Below, one piece after another: positions 1 through 8,838 of a DNA stretch of 64,000 nt. Each line of letters opens with the position of its first letter. Positions within the stretch are counted from its first letter, which is position 1. The position numbers were made by a program, and so were the translations under genes. The stretch is from Chloroflexota bacterium (GTDB lineage: Bacteria; Chloroflexota; Chloroflexia; QHBQ01): NCBI GenBank assembly GCA_025355955.1, contig JANXYP010000193.1, positions 3,597 through 67,596 on the forward strand, read 5' to 3'. Below the pieces are notes generated by a model. That model did no database searches. It was not told where the DNA came from and saw nothing but the letters and a program-made list of their open reading frames with translations.

Positions 1-172
1 TGGCCCGCTAGGGCTTCGCCGCACGGCTCACAGGTGGTTTTCGCATCGGGCCATCAAGAAGGTTCTCACCCGCTGACCTTCTCTCGCTGCGGTGGCTGAT
101 CGCTGCTACTCGTCCTGCTCTTTGCCTTTGTTTATCTTTACAAAACAGGGCGAGCGCAACCCGCCCCTAATA

Positions 173-206
173 CCCTCTCCCAACCTCCCCCGGTGGGGGA
201 GGGGTT
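173..206. repeat. C-rich/G-rich hairpin repeat (family H1)
   Basis: CCCTCTCCCAACCTCCCCC-GGTG-GGGGAGGGG palindrome. Near-identical copies at 6967-7003 and 37874-37912. Confidence 0.8.
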
Positions 207-239
207 TCCAGAGAGCTTTCCACTTTCCACTTTGCTGGG

Positions 240-314
240 TGGGCGGTACTGGACTCGAACCAGTGACCTCCACGATGTCAACGTGGCGCTCTAACCAAGC
301 TGAGCTAACCGCCC
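240..314 (-). tRNA. tRNA-Val (anticodon GAC)
   Basis: Reverse complement folds as a cloverleaf: acceptor GGGCGGT/ACCGCCC, D-arm GCTC-AGCTTGGTTA-GAGC, anticodon arm CCACG-TTGACAT-CGTGG, T-arm ACTGG-TTCGAGT-CCAGT, discriminator A. CCA is not encoded. Confidence 0.9.
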
Positions 315-568
315 GCAATGCCCCGCTATTATAAGCCAAATGCGAGGGGTTGTCAAGCAGACGCAAACCTTACCTATAACTCGATGTCCTGCGCCACAGG
401 TATATTGTCTCTATCGCGGATGGCACAGGTTTTGCTTTTCCTTGTACAAACACCTTTCGAACCTTGTAAGAAGGGGTATAGGTGTTCGTATAGCCTTGAC
501 AGCTTGGATTCCAAGCGGTCAGTGCTCCATTGTACTGTACATTTCAGTCCCAAACAAAGGAGGATTTA

Positions 569-2071
569 ATGGCAGATTTTCTAACTGCGCTCAGTGGGGC
601 GCGTCTACCTCTAGCCCAGACCGTCGTTGTCAACGACCTGGGTGGTCTCTGGACGGAGTTTCTTACCTTCCTACCCAGGCTTATCGGAGCAATTGTGATC
701 CTGATCATCGGGTTGATCATTGCTTCGGTTATCCGCAATGTGGTGCGGGCTGGTCTGCACCGTAGCGGACTGGGAACACGGATCGCACGCACTACTGGAG
801 CGAAGGACGAAGCCCAGGCAGTGGCAATGGAAAACACCCTCGCTTCCCTTGTATACTACCTCATCCTGCTCTTCGTAATCATAATGGTACTCGATTCGCT
901 CAGCCTGACCTCCGTCTCGGTGCCGCTGAATAGCTTGCTGAGTGAGTTCCTGGCGTTCATACCTCGCTTGATTGGCGCAATCATCCTGGCATTCGTTGCT
1001 TTTATTGTCGCCACCATTGTACGTTTGGTGGTCGTCAATGCGCTGGGCGCTGCTAATCTCGATGCCCGGATGAGCAACGTATCTGGACAGGCCGGTGGTA
1101 TGTCGCTCACCAAGACGATTGGCGAGATCGTTTTCTATCTAATATTCCTCATCTTCCTGCCAGGTATCCTCGCCGCGCTTGGTCTGGATAGCATTCTCGC
1201 GCCAATTGGTGGGTTGGTCAATAGCATCATTAGTGCAATTCCGAACATCATCACCGCTGCGGTGCTGTTGATCATCGCTTACTTCATAGGCACCATCCTT
1301 CAGCGCATCGTGTCCAGCATCCTCCGTAGCATGGGCGTAGACAGCCTGCCTCAGCGTCTCGGCCTCAGCCGCACAAGCGCTGGTCAGGCAGTCGGTCAGG
1401 CAACGCAACAGACCCGTGTCGGAGCGGCCCAGGGCGCAAATGAAGTCAAGGCTGAAGCTAGCCAGAGCGTATCACAGGCAACAGGCGGCCAAGTGAACCC
1501 ACAGGTTCGCCCTACCTCCGCTCCTGCTGGTGGCACTAGCCTCTCCAACATTGCTGGCTATCTCGTGCTTGTCGCCATTCTGCTCTTCGCTGCTGGTGAA
1601 GCGGCACGGCTGCTGGGCTTTGTTGCCCTCGCGGGGATAATTGGTTCGCTGGTTATCCTGCTCGGCAACGTTATCGTCGCCATGATTATCTTTGGTGTCG
1701 GCATCTTCCTAGCTAATATGGTCGCCGATATAATCAATGGTGGAGGAGCACAGCAGTCTGGTCTGCTTGCCAACTTCGCACGCATCGCCATCCTGGTGCT
1801 GACTGGTACGATGGCGCTGCGTCAGCTTGGTCTAGCCTCTGACATCGTTAATCTAGCCTTCGCCCTAGGCATCGGCGCGTTGGCCGTCGCCTTTGCGGTG
1901 GCCTTTGGCCTGGGCGGGCGGGTGCCTGCCGAACACTTCCTAGAGGAATATCGCCAATCGGTGAAGCGTAATCCTCCTAGCGCTTCGCTTCCGCAGCCGC
2001 CAACCCCTTCCACACCACCCAGCGCTAGCCCCACCCTGAGTCAGAACCCACCTTCTGGCACTGGCCTATAA
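569..2071 (+). CDS. Polytopic membrane protein with repeated 'conserved TM helix' motifs (mechanosensitive-channel-like repeats); function unknown
   Basis: ORF 530-2071. ATG at 569 is preceded by AAGGAGGA. Four repeats of the type (F)LPRLIGAIVILIIGLIIA..V are present, plus a Q/A-rich loop and a P/S-rich tail. Confidence 0.75.
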   Translation: MADFLTALSGARLPLAQTVVVNDLGGLWTEFLTFLPRLIGAIVILIIGLIIASVIRNVVRAGLHRSGLGTRIARTTGAKDEAQAVAMENTLASLVYYLILLFVIIMVLDSLSLTSVSVPLNSLLSEFLAFIPRLIGAIILAFVAFIVATIVRLVVVNALGAANLDARMSNVSGQAGGMSLTKTIGEIVFYLIFLIFLPGILAALGLDSILAPIGGLVNSIISAIPNIITAAVLLIIAYFIGTILQRIVSSILRSMGVDSLPQRLGLSRTSAGQAVGQATQQTRVGAAQGANEVKAEASQSVSQATGGQVNPQVRPTSAPAGGTSLSNIAGYLVLVAILLFAAGEAARLLGFVALAGIIGSLVILLGNVIVAMIIFGVGIFLANMVADIINGGGAQQSGLLANFARIAILVLTGTMALRQLGLASDIVNLAFALGIGALAVAFAVAFGLGGRVPAEHFLEEYRQSVKRNPPSASLPQPPTPSTPPSASPTLSQNPPSGTGL

Positions 2072-2087
2072 GGTAACAGAACAAAAT

Positions 2088-2126
2088 GGGCCACCCTCAA
2101 AACCGAGGGTGGCCCGCCTTCTTTTT
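2088..2126. terminator. Hairpin plus T-tract between convergent genes (probable intrinsic terminator)
   Basis: GGGCCACCCTC-aaaacc-GAGGGTGGCCC followed by gccTTCTTTTT. It lies between the stop of 569-2071 (+) and the stop of 2162-3106 (-). Confidence 0.7.
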
Positions 2127-2161
2127 GCGCCTGGCTAATCATCAGCCACCCCTAATTGGTA

Positions 2162-3106
2162 TTACATCTTCAGCCGGGGGTCGAGCGCGTCGCGCAGCGC
2201 GTCGCCGATGAAGTTGATCGACAGCACCGCGAGGAAGATGAGCAGGTTGGGCCAGAGCAATTGCAGCGGCGCATTCTTGACCAGCAAATCGAGACTGGGG
2301 TCGGTGAGCATATTGCCCCAACTGGCGGCGGGCTTGTAGATGCCGAAGCCAAGAAAGCTGACCGATGACTCGGCCACGATGAACGCGCCGAAGTTCAGCG
2401 TGGTCTCCACGATGATGGGCGCAAGCGAGTTGGGCAGCAGATGGCGGACGATGATGCGTAGGTTGCTCGCGCCCAAAGCCCTCGTCGCCTCGGTGTATTC
2501 GAGGTGGCGCAGTGACAGCACCGCCGCCCGCACCAACCGCGCCGTGCCGCCCCAGCCCAGCAGCACGATGATTAGCACGATCTTCCAATAGCTGGACAAG
2601 TCGGGGTGCGAGGCGCTCAGGGCGATGCTCACCGTAATCAGGGTGGGCAGGAACGGCAGTGACAGCACCAGGTCGACCAGGCGCATCAAGATGGTATCAA
2701 TCAGCCCGCCGAAGAAACCAGCGATTGCCCCGAGTATCATGCCGATCAAGGTGACGGCAATGGTGCAGATAAAGCCGATCGAAAGCGAGATCTGCCCGCT
2801 GTAGGCCAGGCGGCTGAGGACATCGCGGCCAATAAAGTCGGTGCCGAGGACGTAGTAATCGCCGTTGTGGGGGTTGGTGTAGCCGGGGGGTGCGTTCTGC
2901 TGCACATCGGCAGCCAGGGCCGCTTGGATCGGGTCGTAGGGTGTCCAGGCCGAGGCAGTGGCCGCCAGACCAACCATCGCCAGCAGGATGACCGAGCCGA
3001 CCAGCGCCAGCTTGTGCTTGCGAAACCGCTTCCATACAATCGCCAGTTGGCCGCGCTCTTTGGGGGTTGCCAGTTGCTCTCGATCTATTGCCGCAATGCT
3101 TGCCAT
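2162..3106 (-). CDS. ABC transporter permease, OppC/DppC family
   Basis: Typical binding-protein-dependent transport inner-membrane component (…LRHLEYTEATRALGASNLRIIVRHLLPN…). ATG at 3106 is preceded by AAGGAGAGGGAG. The longer ORF start at 3142 would overlap the upstream permease. Confidence 0.85.
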   Translation of the reverse strand: MASIAAIDREQLATPKERGQLAIVWKRFRKHKLALVGSVILLAMVGLAATASAWTPYDPIQAALAADVQQNAPPGYTNPHNGDYYVLGTDFIGRDVLSRLAYSGQISLSIGFICTIAVTLIGMILGAIAGFFGGLIDTILMRLVDLVLSLPFLPTLITVSIALSASHPDLSSYWKIVLIIVLLGWGGTARLVRAAVLSLRHLEYTEATRALGASNLRIIVRHLLPNSLAPIIVETTLNFGAFIVAESSVSFLGFGIYKPAASWGNMLTDPSLDLLVKNAPLQLLWPNLLIFLAVLSINFIGDALRDALDPRLKM

Positions 3107-3116
3107 CTCCCTCTCC

Positions 3117-4403
3117 TTAGCTGTACCTGATGCGCGGGTCAATCACGGCGTAGGCTACGTCGGCCAATACGTTACTGAGGACAACCAGGATCGCGCCGAC
3201 AATCAGCAGCCCCATCAGCACCGGCCAGTCATCAAGACCGCCTGCGCGGAAGAGCAGGCCGCCGATGCCGGGGTAGTTGGTGATGCTGTCAACGATGACT
3301 ACCCCGCCGAGCAGCGCTGGCACCGCCAGGGCAATGCGGGTGACCAGCGGGATGAGCGCATTACGCATTGCGTGCTTGAAGATAACCGTGCGCTGCTTCA
3401 ACCCCTTGGCCCAGGCGGTACGCACATAATCAAGGTGTAGCACTTCGAGCATCGAGGAGCGGATGAAGCGACTGAACCCCGCCATCAGCGCGAAGCCCAG
3501 CACGAATCCAGGGGCGATCAGGTGCGACAGCCTGATGCCCACATCACTGTACTGCGAAACATCGTCAGGATTGTTCACCACCCCACCGATGGGCAGGCCG
3601 AACAACCAGCCCTTGCGCTCGGCCAGAATCAAGAGAGTGCCGAGGCAGAAGCTGGGTAGGCCCAGGCCCACGAAGCTGATAAAGGAGAAGACGTAGTCGC
3701 CAACCGAATATTGCTTTACCGCCGAGTAGATACCGATGGGGATCGCCAGCAGCAAGGCAAGCAGGATGGAGAAGAAGATCAGCACGAGGGTGTTTGCCAG
3801 CGGTCCGTGCAGCACGCTGGAAGGGCCATAAACGGTCGCGAATGAGGTGGGATCTTGACCCGATTCGACCTCCGACCCGCTAATCAGAGCGAGTACCGGC
3901 TCACCCTGGGCGATCTTCCACGATGTACCCAGGTTAGCGGTGAGGATACCGCCAACCCGCTTGAGTGATAGGCATTGACCCAGGCTATCCAAGTTGAACA
4001 AATCGCCGCAGGCAGCCAGCTTGGCGTTGACATCGGCAATCTGCAGGGGCAGGTTGTGCAGTTGCTGCTGCACAAACTTAAGGCGGTCAGGGTCAGTAAC
4101 GGTCTTGGCTTCGTCCTGATAGTTCTGCAATTGGATGGTCAGAAACTCAGCATCGTTCTCGTCGGCAGGTCGCCAGTTGTAGAGCCAAAGTATGTAGCGC
4201 ATGGGTAGCGAGTCATCCAGCCCCAGGCGGCGCTCCGCCCGTGCAATCGCGGCCTGCATCTGCTGCGGGTTGTTATACTGCACGGCATAAACCTCGGCAT
4301 ACGGCCCCTTTGGATCCAGGTTCAATATACCATACATCACGATCGAGATAAGGAACAGGATCAGCAGACTCTGCAAACTGCGTCGCACCAGGTAGGTAGT
4401 CAT
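3117..4403 (-). CDS. ABC transporter permease, OppB/DppB family, with an enlarged extracytoplasmic loop
   Basis: N-terminus MTTYLVRRSLQSLLILFLISIVMY and C-terminus …DVAYAVIDPRIRY are hallmarks of OppB/DppB. An extra ~150 aa sits between TM1 and TM2. Confidence 0.85.
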   Translation of the reverse strand: MTTYLVRRSLQSLLILFLISIVMYGILNLDPKGPYAEVYAVQYNNPQQMQAAIARAERRLGLDDSLPMRYILWLYNWRPADENDAEFLTIQLQNYQDEAKTVTDPDRLKFVQQQLHNLPLQIADVNAKLAACGDLFNLDSLGQCLSLKRVGGILTANLGTSWKIAQGEPVLALISGSEVESGQDPTSFATVYGPSSVLHGPLANTLVLIFFSILLALLLAIPIGIYSAVKQYSVGDYVFSFISFVGLGLPSFCLGTLLILAERKGWLFGLPIGGVVNNPDDVSQYSDVGIRLSHLIAPGFVLGFALMAGFSRFIRSSMLEVLHLDYVRTAWAKGLKQRTVIFKHAMRNALIPLVTRIALAVPALLGGVVIVDSITNYPGIGGLLFRAGGLDDWPVLMGLLIVGAILVVLSNVLADVAYAVIDPRIRYS

Positions 4404-4496
4404 GCGCTTTCTCCTATGTTCTTCGCGGGGGTGATCTCTGGAATAGCCTCATATTATATAGGGCGACAGCATGGTTTCGGTTCAATTCAGTAGCCT

Positions 4497-4628
4497 TTAA
4501 TATTACAGCCTCAATTGGTTGGCAAAATCGCGTTGTTACGATTGGCTTCGACACAGGGCGGCAGGGCGTATGCGATTCGCCCCTACACCAATCTGGCGCA
4601 TTTATGCCAACTGAGGCTGTAATATTAA
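4497..4628. mobile_element. MITE-like element, family A (132 bp), flanked by TTAA/TTAA
   Basis: Terminal inverted repeats TATTACAGCCTCAATTGGTTGGCA / TGCCAACTGAGGCTGTAATA, with an internal REP-like core GGGCGTATGCGATTCGCCCCTAC. A second copy is at 40073-40472. Confidence 0.75.
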
Positions 4629-4788
4629 GAGACTGTCTGAAAAAGCACTTGACTGTGCCTGGCAACAGGGCGAGCGCAGCCCGCTCCTACGCACGAATCA
4701 ACTGGTTCTCAGACAGCCTCTAATGGCGCAATTTGCCGTTGCGCTATACGCTGCTTCTGATTATAATATATCAACACCATGCACGCCA

Positions 4789-4815
4789 TAATCTAATCTG
4801 CAATCTACAATCAAG
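4789..4815. repeat. Tandem heptanucleotide array (TAATCTA/ATCTGCA/ATCTACA)
   Basis: taatcta-atctgca-atctaca-atcaagg, ending 10 nt upstream of the ATG at 4825. Confidence 0.7.
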
Positions 4816-4824
4816 GATACACCG

Positions 4825-5517
4825 ATGACCGCAAAGAAGGATAGCATCCACTTCGATCTGTTGGAGGTGCTGAAGGGCGAGACCTGCCCCGTCTGTCGGC
4901 TGATGCACCGCCATGTTGCCCGCTACCTCGACACCATCAGCTACGAGGCGGTCAACGATGTGGAGATCCGCGACCGGCTGCGGGCCGCGCTCGGCTTCTG
5001 CCCCACCCACTCGTGGCAGTGGCTGGAGCTGAACAACGCGCTTGCCAGTGCGATTATATACCAGGATGTGCTGCGCGAGTTGCGCCGCCGCCTGGATACG
5101 CTGGAGCCGCCCGCCGCTGGTGGCCTGCTCAATTTTGGCAAGCGGGGCAAGGGCAAGCTAGATGCGCTGGCCCCCGCCGCCACCTGCCCCGCCTGCGAGG
5201 TGCGCGACCAGACCGCCATCCGCACCCTTGATACCTTCACTCGATTGCTGGCCGAGGTGGACTTCAGCGACGAGTACCAGCGCAGTCGCGCCCGCCTCTG
5301 CCTGCTCCACCTCCGCGTTACTCTCGCTCGCATCAGCGACCCCGCTATCTTCCGCCGCCTGGTCAGCATCGAGCGCGATATCCTGGAGTTCAGCGAGGGG
5401 CAGCTTGGCGAACTGATCCGCAAGTACGACTACCGCTTCCGCGACGAAAAGGTGGGCGACGAGGCGGGCGCACCAGCGCGCGCCGTCAAGCGGCTGGCAG
5501 GAATGAAAGGGGTATAA
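4825..5517 (+). CDS. Cysteine-rich cytoplasmic protein with two CxxC-x34-CxxH modules; family not recognised with confidence
   Basis: C21-x2-C24…C59-x2-H62 and C121-x2-C124…C159-x2-H162, exactly 100 residues apart. AAGGAT precedes the ATG. Confidence 0.7.
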   Translation: MTAKKDSIHFDLLEVLKGETCPVCRLMHRHVARYLDTISYEAVNDVEIRDRLRAALGFCPTHSWQWLELNNALASAIIYQDVLRELRRRLDTLEPPAAGGLLNFGKRGKGKLDALAPAATCPACEVRDQTAIRTLDTFTRLLAEVDFSDEYQRSRARLCLLHLRVTLARISDPAIFRRLVSIERDILEFSEGQLGELIRKYDYRFRDEKVGDEAGAPARAVKRLAGMKGV

Positions 5518-5526
5518 CCCAATTAC

Positions 5527-5572
5527 GAATGGTGAATGGTGAATGGTGAATGGTGAATGGTGAATGGTGATT
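5527..5572. repeat. Tandem heptanucleotide array (GAATGGT) x6
   Basis: Six perfect GAATGGT units starting 10 nt after the stop at 5517. Confidence 0.9.
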
Positions 5573-5590
5573 ATAGGGGTGGGTTGCACT

Positions 5591-5848
5591 CGCCCATGGA
5601 CATCAAACTAAGCAAACAGCAGCCTAGATCATGCGGATTTGTTCCTAATGGTGATGGCTCTCTGGGGGTCGGGGGGTTCAGCCCCCAGCTGCTGCCCGTT
5701 CCCAATGCTGCAAGCTTGCCGCAGCTTTGGATTTACCGATAAACAACGACGCTGCTTACGATGGGCATTGATGCACTTGAGCAGCTGGGGGCTGACCTCC
5801 AGACCCCCGTGCTCATCCCCAACTTTCTTAGCTTGATGCCTATCGACG
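5591..5848. mobile_element. MITE-like element, family B (~258 bp, long imperfect palindrome)
   Basis: Ends CCATGGACATCAAACTAAGC / GCTTAGCTTGATGCCTATCG are inverted repeats. Internal arms GGGGGTCGGGGGGTTCAGCCCCCAGCTG / CAGCTGGGGGCTGACCTCCAGACCCC pair. The second copy, 40155-40413, is nested in a family-A element. Confidence 0.7.
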
Positions 5849-5941
5849 TAACAAAATACCCCGCTTTACGTACATAATTATGATATAATTAGAATGCAGG
5901 CTTGAATCTGATTACAATACCAAAAGAGGAGATCAGTTCTG

Positions 5942-6916
5942 ATGACCACTGCCCACCCCCTTGTACGCCGTGCGGCGATCGTCGCGCTGCTGGGCTGCGC
6001 CTTTGCGCTTGCCCTCAGCTGGAGTAGCGTTCACGCCCAGAGTTCCAGTGTCGGTATTATCAATACCCTGAGCAGCCAGGGCTATTACATCTCGCCAACC
6101 GCCGACCAGGAGATGAAAGGCGCGAATTCACCGATAACCGATGCCGATAGCAAGATAAAAAACGCGGTCAACAACCTGAAGGGCAAAGGCTACGATGCCA
6201 AGATCGGCATGATTGTAAGTAGCGATATACCGCAGCAGTATGGCAACCTCGCCAACTACTGTCAGTATCTGCACGATTATCTTAACATGGGCAACGGCAT
6301 TCTGGTGATGACCGCCATTGATGGTGGGGCAGAAGCCGCCAGCACGAAGCTATCGCCCACGGATACGACTACGATTTTCAACTCGAAACGGGCCGATTTC
6401 ACCAAAAACGTAGTGGATGGCACGGTTGCCTTCGCCACTGCCGTAGACGATAAGATCCTGGGCAACGACAGCGGCCAGCGCAACAGCTTCATTACCATCG
6501 CCGCAATCGTGATTATAGTCATCCTAGCGATTGCCTTCTTCACCATCAGTGGGCTAAACGCCCGCTGGGCGATGCGCCTGAATGGTGCCAAGAAACTGTC
6601 CAGCGACCTGAGCGCCGAGGTAGTGCAGATGGGCGGCAACCTCGATTTTCTCAAGATGCAGAACGCGCAGGCTTACGACCAGGTAACTGCCCAACTCAAC
6701 CCCGGCAACCAGTTGCTCAGTGAGGCCAACACCCAGCTAGGGCAACTGAAGAGTCCCGGCTTCTTCCCCCTGGCCTTCCGCTATAGCAAGCTCGACCACG
6801 ATATGCACGATGTGGAAGCCGCGCTGCAAAGCGCAAAGGGCGAAATCGATCAAGCCAAACAGATCTTCGATGCCAACTGGTCATCGCGCAACGCCAAGGT
6901 TGCTGGGCAACCCTAG
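5942..6916 (+). CDS. Membrane-anchored protein: signal peptide, TPM-like extracytoplasmic domain, one TM, coiled-coil cytoplasmic tail
   Basis: AAGAGGAGA RBS. Signal peptide …ALALSWSSVHAQ, TM FITIAAIVIIVILAIAFFTISGL. It is the first of three adjacent TPM-type genes. Confidence 0.7.
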   Translation: MTTAHPLVRRAAIVALLGCAFALALSWSSVHAQSSSVGIINTLSSQGYYISPTADQEMKGANSPITDADSKIKNAVNNLKGKGYDAKIGMIVSSDIPQQYGNLANYCQYLHDYLNMGNGILVMTAIDGGAEAASTKLSPTDTTTIFNSKRADFTKNVVDGTVAFATAVDDKILGNDSGQRNSFITIAAIVIIVILAIAFFTISGLNARWAMRLNGAKKLSSDLSAEVVQMGGNLDFLKMQNAQAYDQVTAQLNPGNQLLSEANTQLGQLKSPGFFPLAFRYSKLDHDMHDVEAALQSAKGEIDQAKQIFDANWSSRNAKVAGQP

Positions 6917-7041
6917 CATCATCTCCCCTCCCACGGGAGGGGCTGGGGGTGGGTCCGTGCCACGCAACGCAGCCCTCTCCCAACCTCCCCCGGTGGGGGA
7001 GGAGCAGATCGGCATCGCCCTAGCTCAAGAGGACAATCACA

Positions 7042-8652
7042 ATGAAGCGCATCACCATGCCCGCCATCATCCTGCTCGGCCTGCTGTTGGCAAGCAGCAG
7101 TAGCGCACTGGCTCAGACTGCCACGCCCGGCGGGCAGAGCAGCAAGGTCACGATCATCAACGAGGGCAACGTCCTCAGCGATGGCGACATCAACACTATT
7201 CGCAACCATGCCGCGCAACTGCCACTACCGTTGGTGCTGTTCATCACCAACCAGTACAAGGGCGCGAAGATAGATTTCAGCCGCAAAATTGCCCAGTACG
7301 TTACCGACAACAATTTGGTGATCGGCGTATCCACCTACAAGGATAGCAGCGTCAACGCGCACTACCGGCTGCTAGGCGCAGGGCCGCATTCGGGGGTTGG
7401 CGCTGATTTGTTGGACGGAGCGCAGAACGCGGCGGATAGCTTCCTCAAGGCCAGCAGCGGCCCGCAGTACGTGCTGGCGATTGATGCGGCGATTGATTAC
7501 CTGGTCGGCAAGCTCGGCTCAGTCTCCACTAACAACCCCGCCTCCACCACGCTCGCCTCGAACAACGGCAACGTAAACATCATCAACGAGGGCGGCGTAC
7601 TTAGCCAGGCCGATCTCAGCGACATCCACAATCTCACCGACAACTATCTGACCATCCCCGCGCTAATCGTAGTCACCAATCAGTATCGCGGCACCCTCGC
7701 CGACTTCAAGGCCAAGATTGGCACTTTCATCACCGACAACAACTTTATCGCCGCCATTTCCACCTACAACGACAGCAAGAGCGACAACCGCTACATCGTG
7801 CTAGCCGCTGGCCCGCACTCAGGGCTGGCGCAGAGCGATCTCAATGATGCCCTGCAGGGAGGGCAGACTGAGTTCAGTTCCGGCTCCAGTTACAGCCTGG
7901 TGATGGCTTCGATGTTCGGCACAATCAAAGGCTCATTGAGTGTGCCATCGCCAGCCGCCAGCGCACCGCTGCTTGCCGCCAACACCTGGAGCGGCAATCC
8001 GACCAGCGTGAGCGACACCAGTTCGACCACCAGCAGCCAGCCATACGACGCGGGCCGGGCAGGCAACTCCGGCCAGTCAGTCAGCTCTGGCACCAATTTC
8101 TGGAGCATCATCGGGGGGTTTATCGTCATCCTGATTGGCCTCTGGCTGGTCTTCCTGTTCCTGCGCTGGCTGTGGCGATTGTCGCATCATGCACCAGCCA
8201 GGCAAGGCAATGGCACAGCTGTTGGTGGTGGGGGAGGCTATTACAACGATGGCCCCATCTTCTACCCCATCTGGATGGGTGGGGGTTCCTACGGCGGTGG
8301 AGGCTACCCCGCAAACGGTGGCGGTGGAGTTTCCGCACCCAGCGCACCACCCAACACCGGCGGTGGTGCGTTCGACAGCGCGTTCGGCGGCGCTGGTGGT
8401 GGCGGCAACGCGACCAGCAACACCGGCGGCGGCAAGTTTGAGTCGAACCTGGGATCTTCGAACAGCAACGGTAGCTCAAGCAACGTCAGCGGCACGGGTG
8501 GCGGCGCATTCGAGAGTACGCTCGGTGCGGCGGCGGCAGTGGGTGGTTCCAACGCGGCGGGCGCAGTGGCGGGTGCAGCGTTCAACATCCTGGGCGGCAT
8601 CCTCGGCGCGGTGTTCAGTTCCGGCAGCGGCGGTAGCGGGCCAGACTTCTAG
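7042..8652 (+). CDS. TPM domain protein (two tandem TPM domains, one TM, Gly-rich tail)
   Basis: Signal peptide ending ALAQ. There are two ~150-aa repeats (VTIINEGNVLSDGDI…GAGPHSG / VNIINEGGVLSQADL…AAGPHSG), TM FIVILIGLWLVFLFL, a tail with GGGAFDS/GGGKFES/GGGAFES motifs, and the protein ends GPDF. Confidence 0.8.
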   Translation: MKRITMPAIILLGLLLASSSSALAQTATPGGQSSKVTIINEGNVLSDGDINTIRNHAAQLPLPLVLFITNQYKGAKIDFSRKIAQYVTDNNLVIGVSTYKDSSVNAHYRLLGAGPHSGVGADLLDGAQNAADSFLKASSGPQYVLAIDAAIDYLVGKLGSVSTNNPASTTLASNNGNVNIINEGGVLSQADLSDIHNLTDNYLTIPALIVVTNQYRGTLADFKAKIGTFITDNNFIAAISTYNDSKSDNRYIVLAAGPHSGLAQSDLNDALQGGQTEFSSGSSYSLVMASMFGTIKGSLSVPSPAASAPLLAANTWSGNPTSVSDTSSTTSSQPYDAGRAGNSGQSVSSGTNFWSIIGGFIVILIGLWLVFLFLRWLWRLSHHAPARQGNGTAVGGGGGYYNDGPIFYPIWMGGGSYGGGGYPANGGGGVSAPSAPPNTGGGAFDSAFGGAGGGGNATSNTGGGKFESNLGSSNSNGSSSNVSGTGGGAFESTLGAAAAVGGSNAAGAVAGAAFNILGGILGAVFSSGSGGSGPDF

Positions 8653-8838
8653 GATTGCGCTCAAGCTACTATCCCTACCCAAAGGGGGAGGCAAGGAGGG
8701 GGAGCGAGCCACGCTTATCAGCTGAGTACATGGTGTCGTGCCAGGATTGCAGCATTGTAGATGGAAACGGCGCACTTGGCGCGCTTTGTGCTAATTACTA
8801 AACAACAGATGTACCACCTTCCGTTTAGAAAGGAAGCA

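Noticed and set aside
1-76. Possible 3' end of a plus-strand CDS (frame 2 reads …RRTAHRWFSHRAIKKVLTR*)
   Set aside because: It is only ~25 codons long, another frame is also open to nt 99, and it cannot be distinguished from chance without upstream sequence.
92-366. ORFs 92-334 (+) and 106-366 (-)
   Set aside because: They overlap the tRNA-Val gene and an H1 hairpin repeat and have no coding signal.
5557-5836. Small ORFs 5557-5742 and 5639-5836
   Set aside because: They lie wholly inside the family-B MITE, and the second MITE copy does not preserve the frames.
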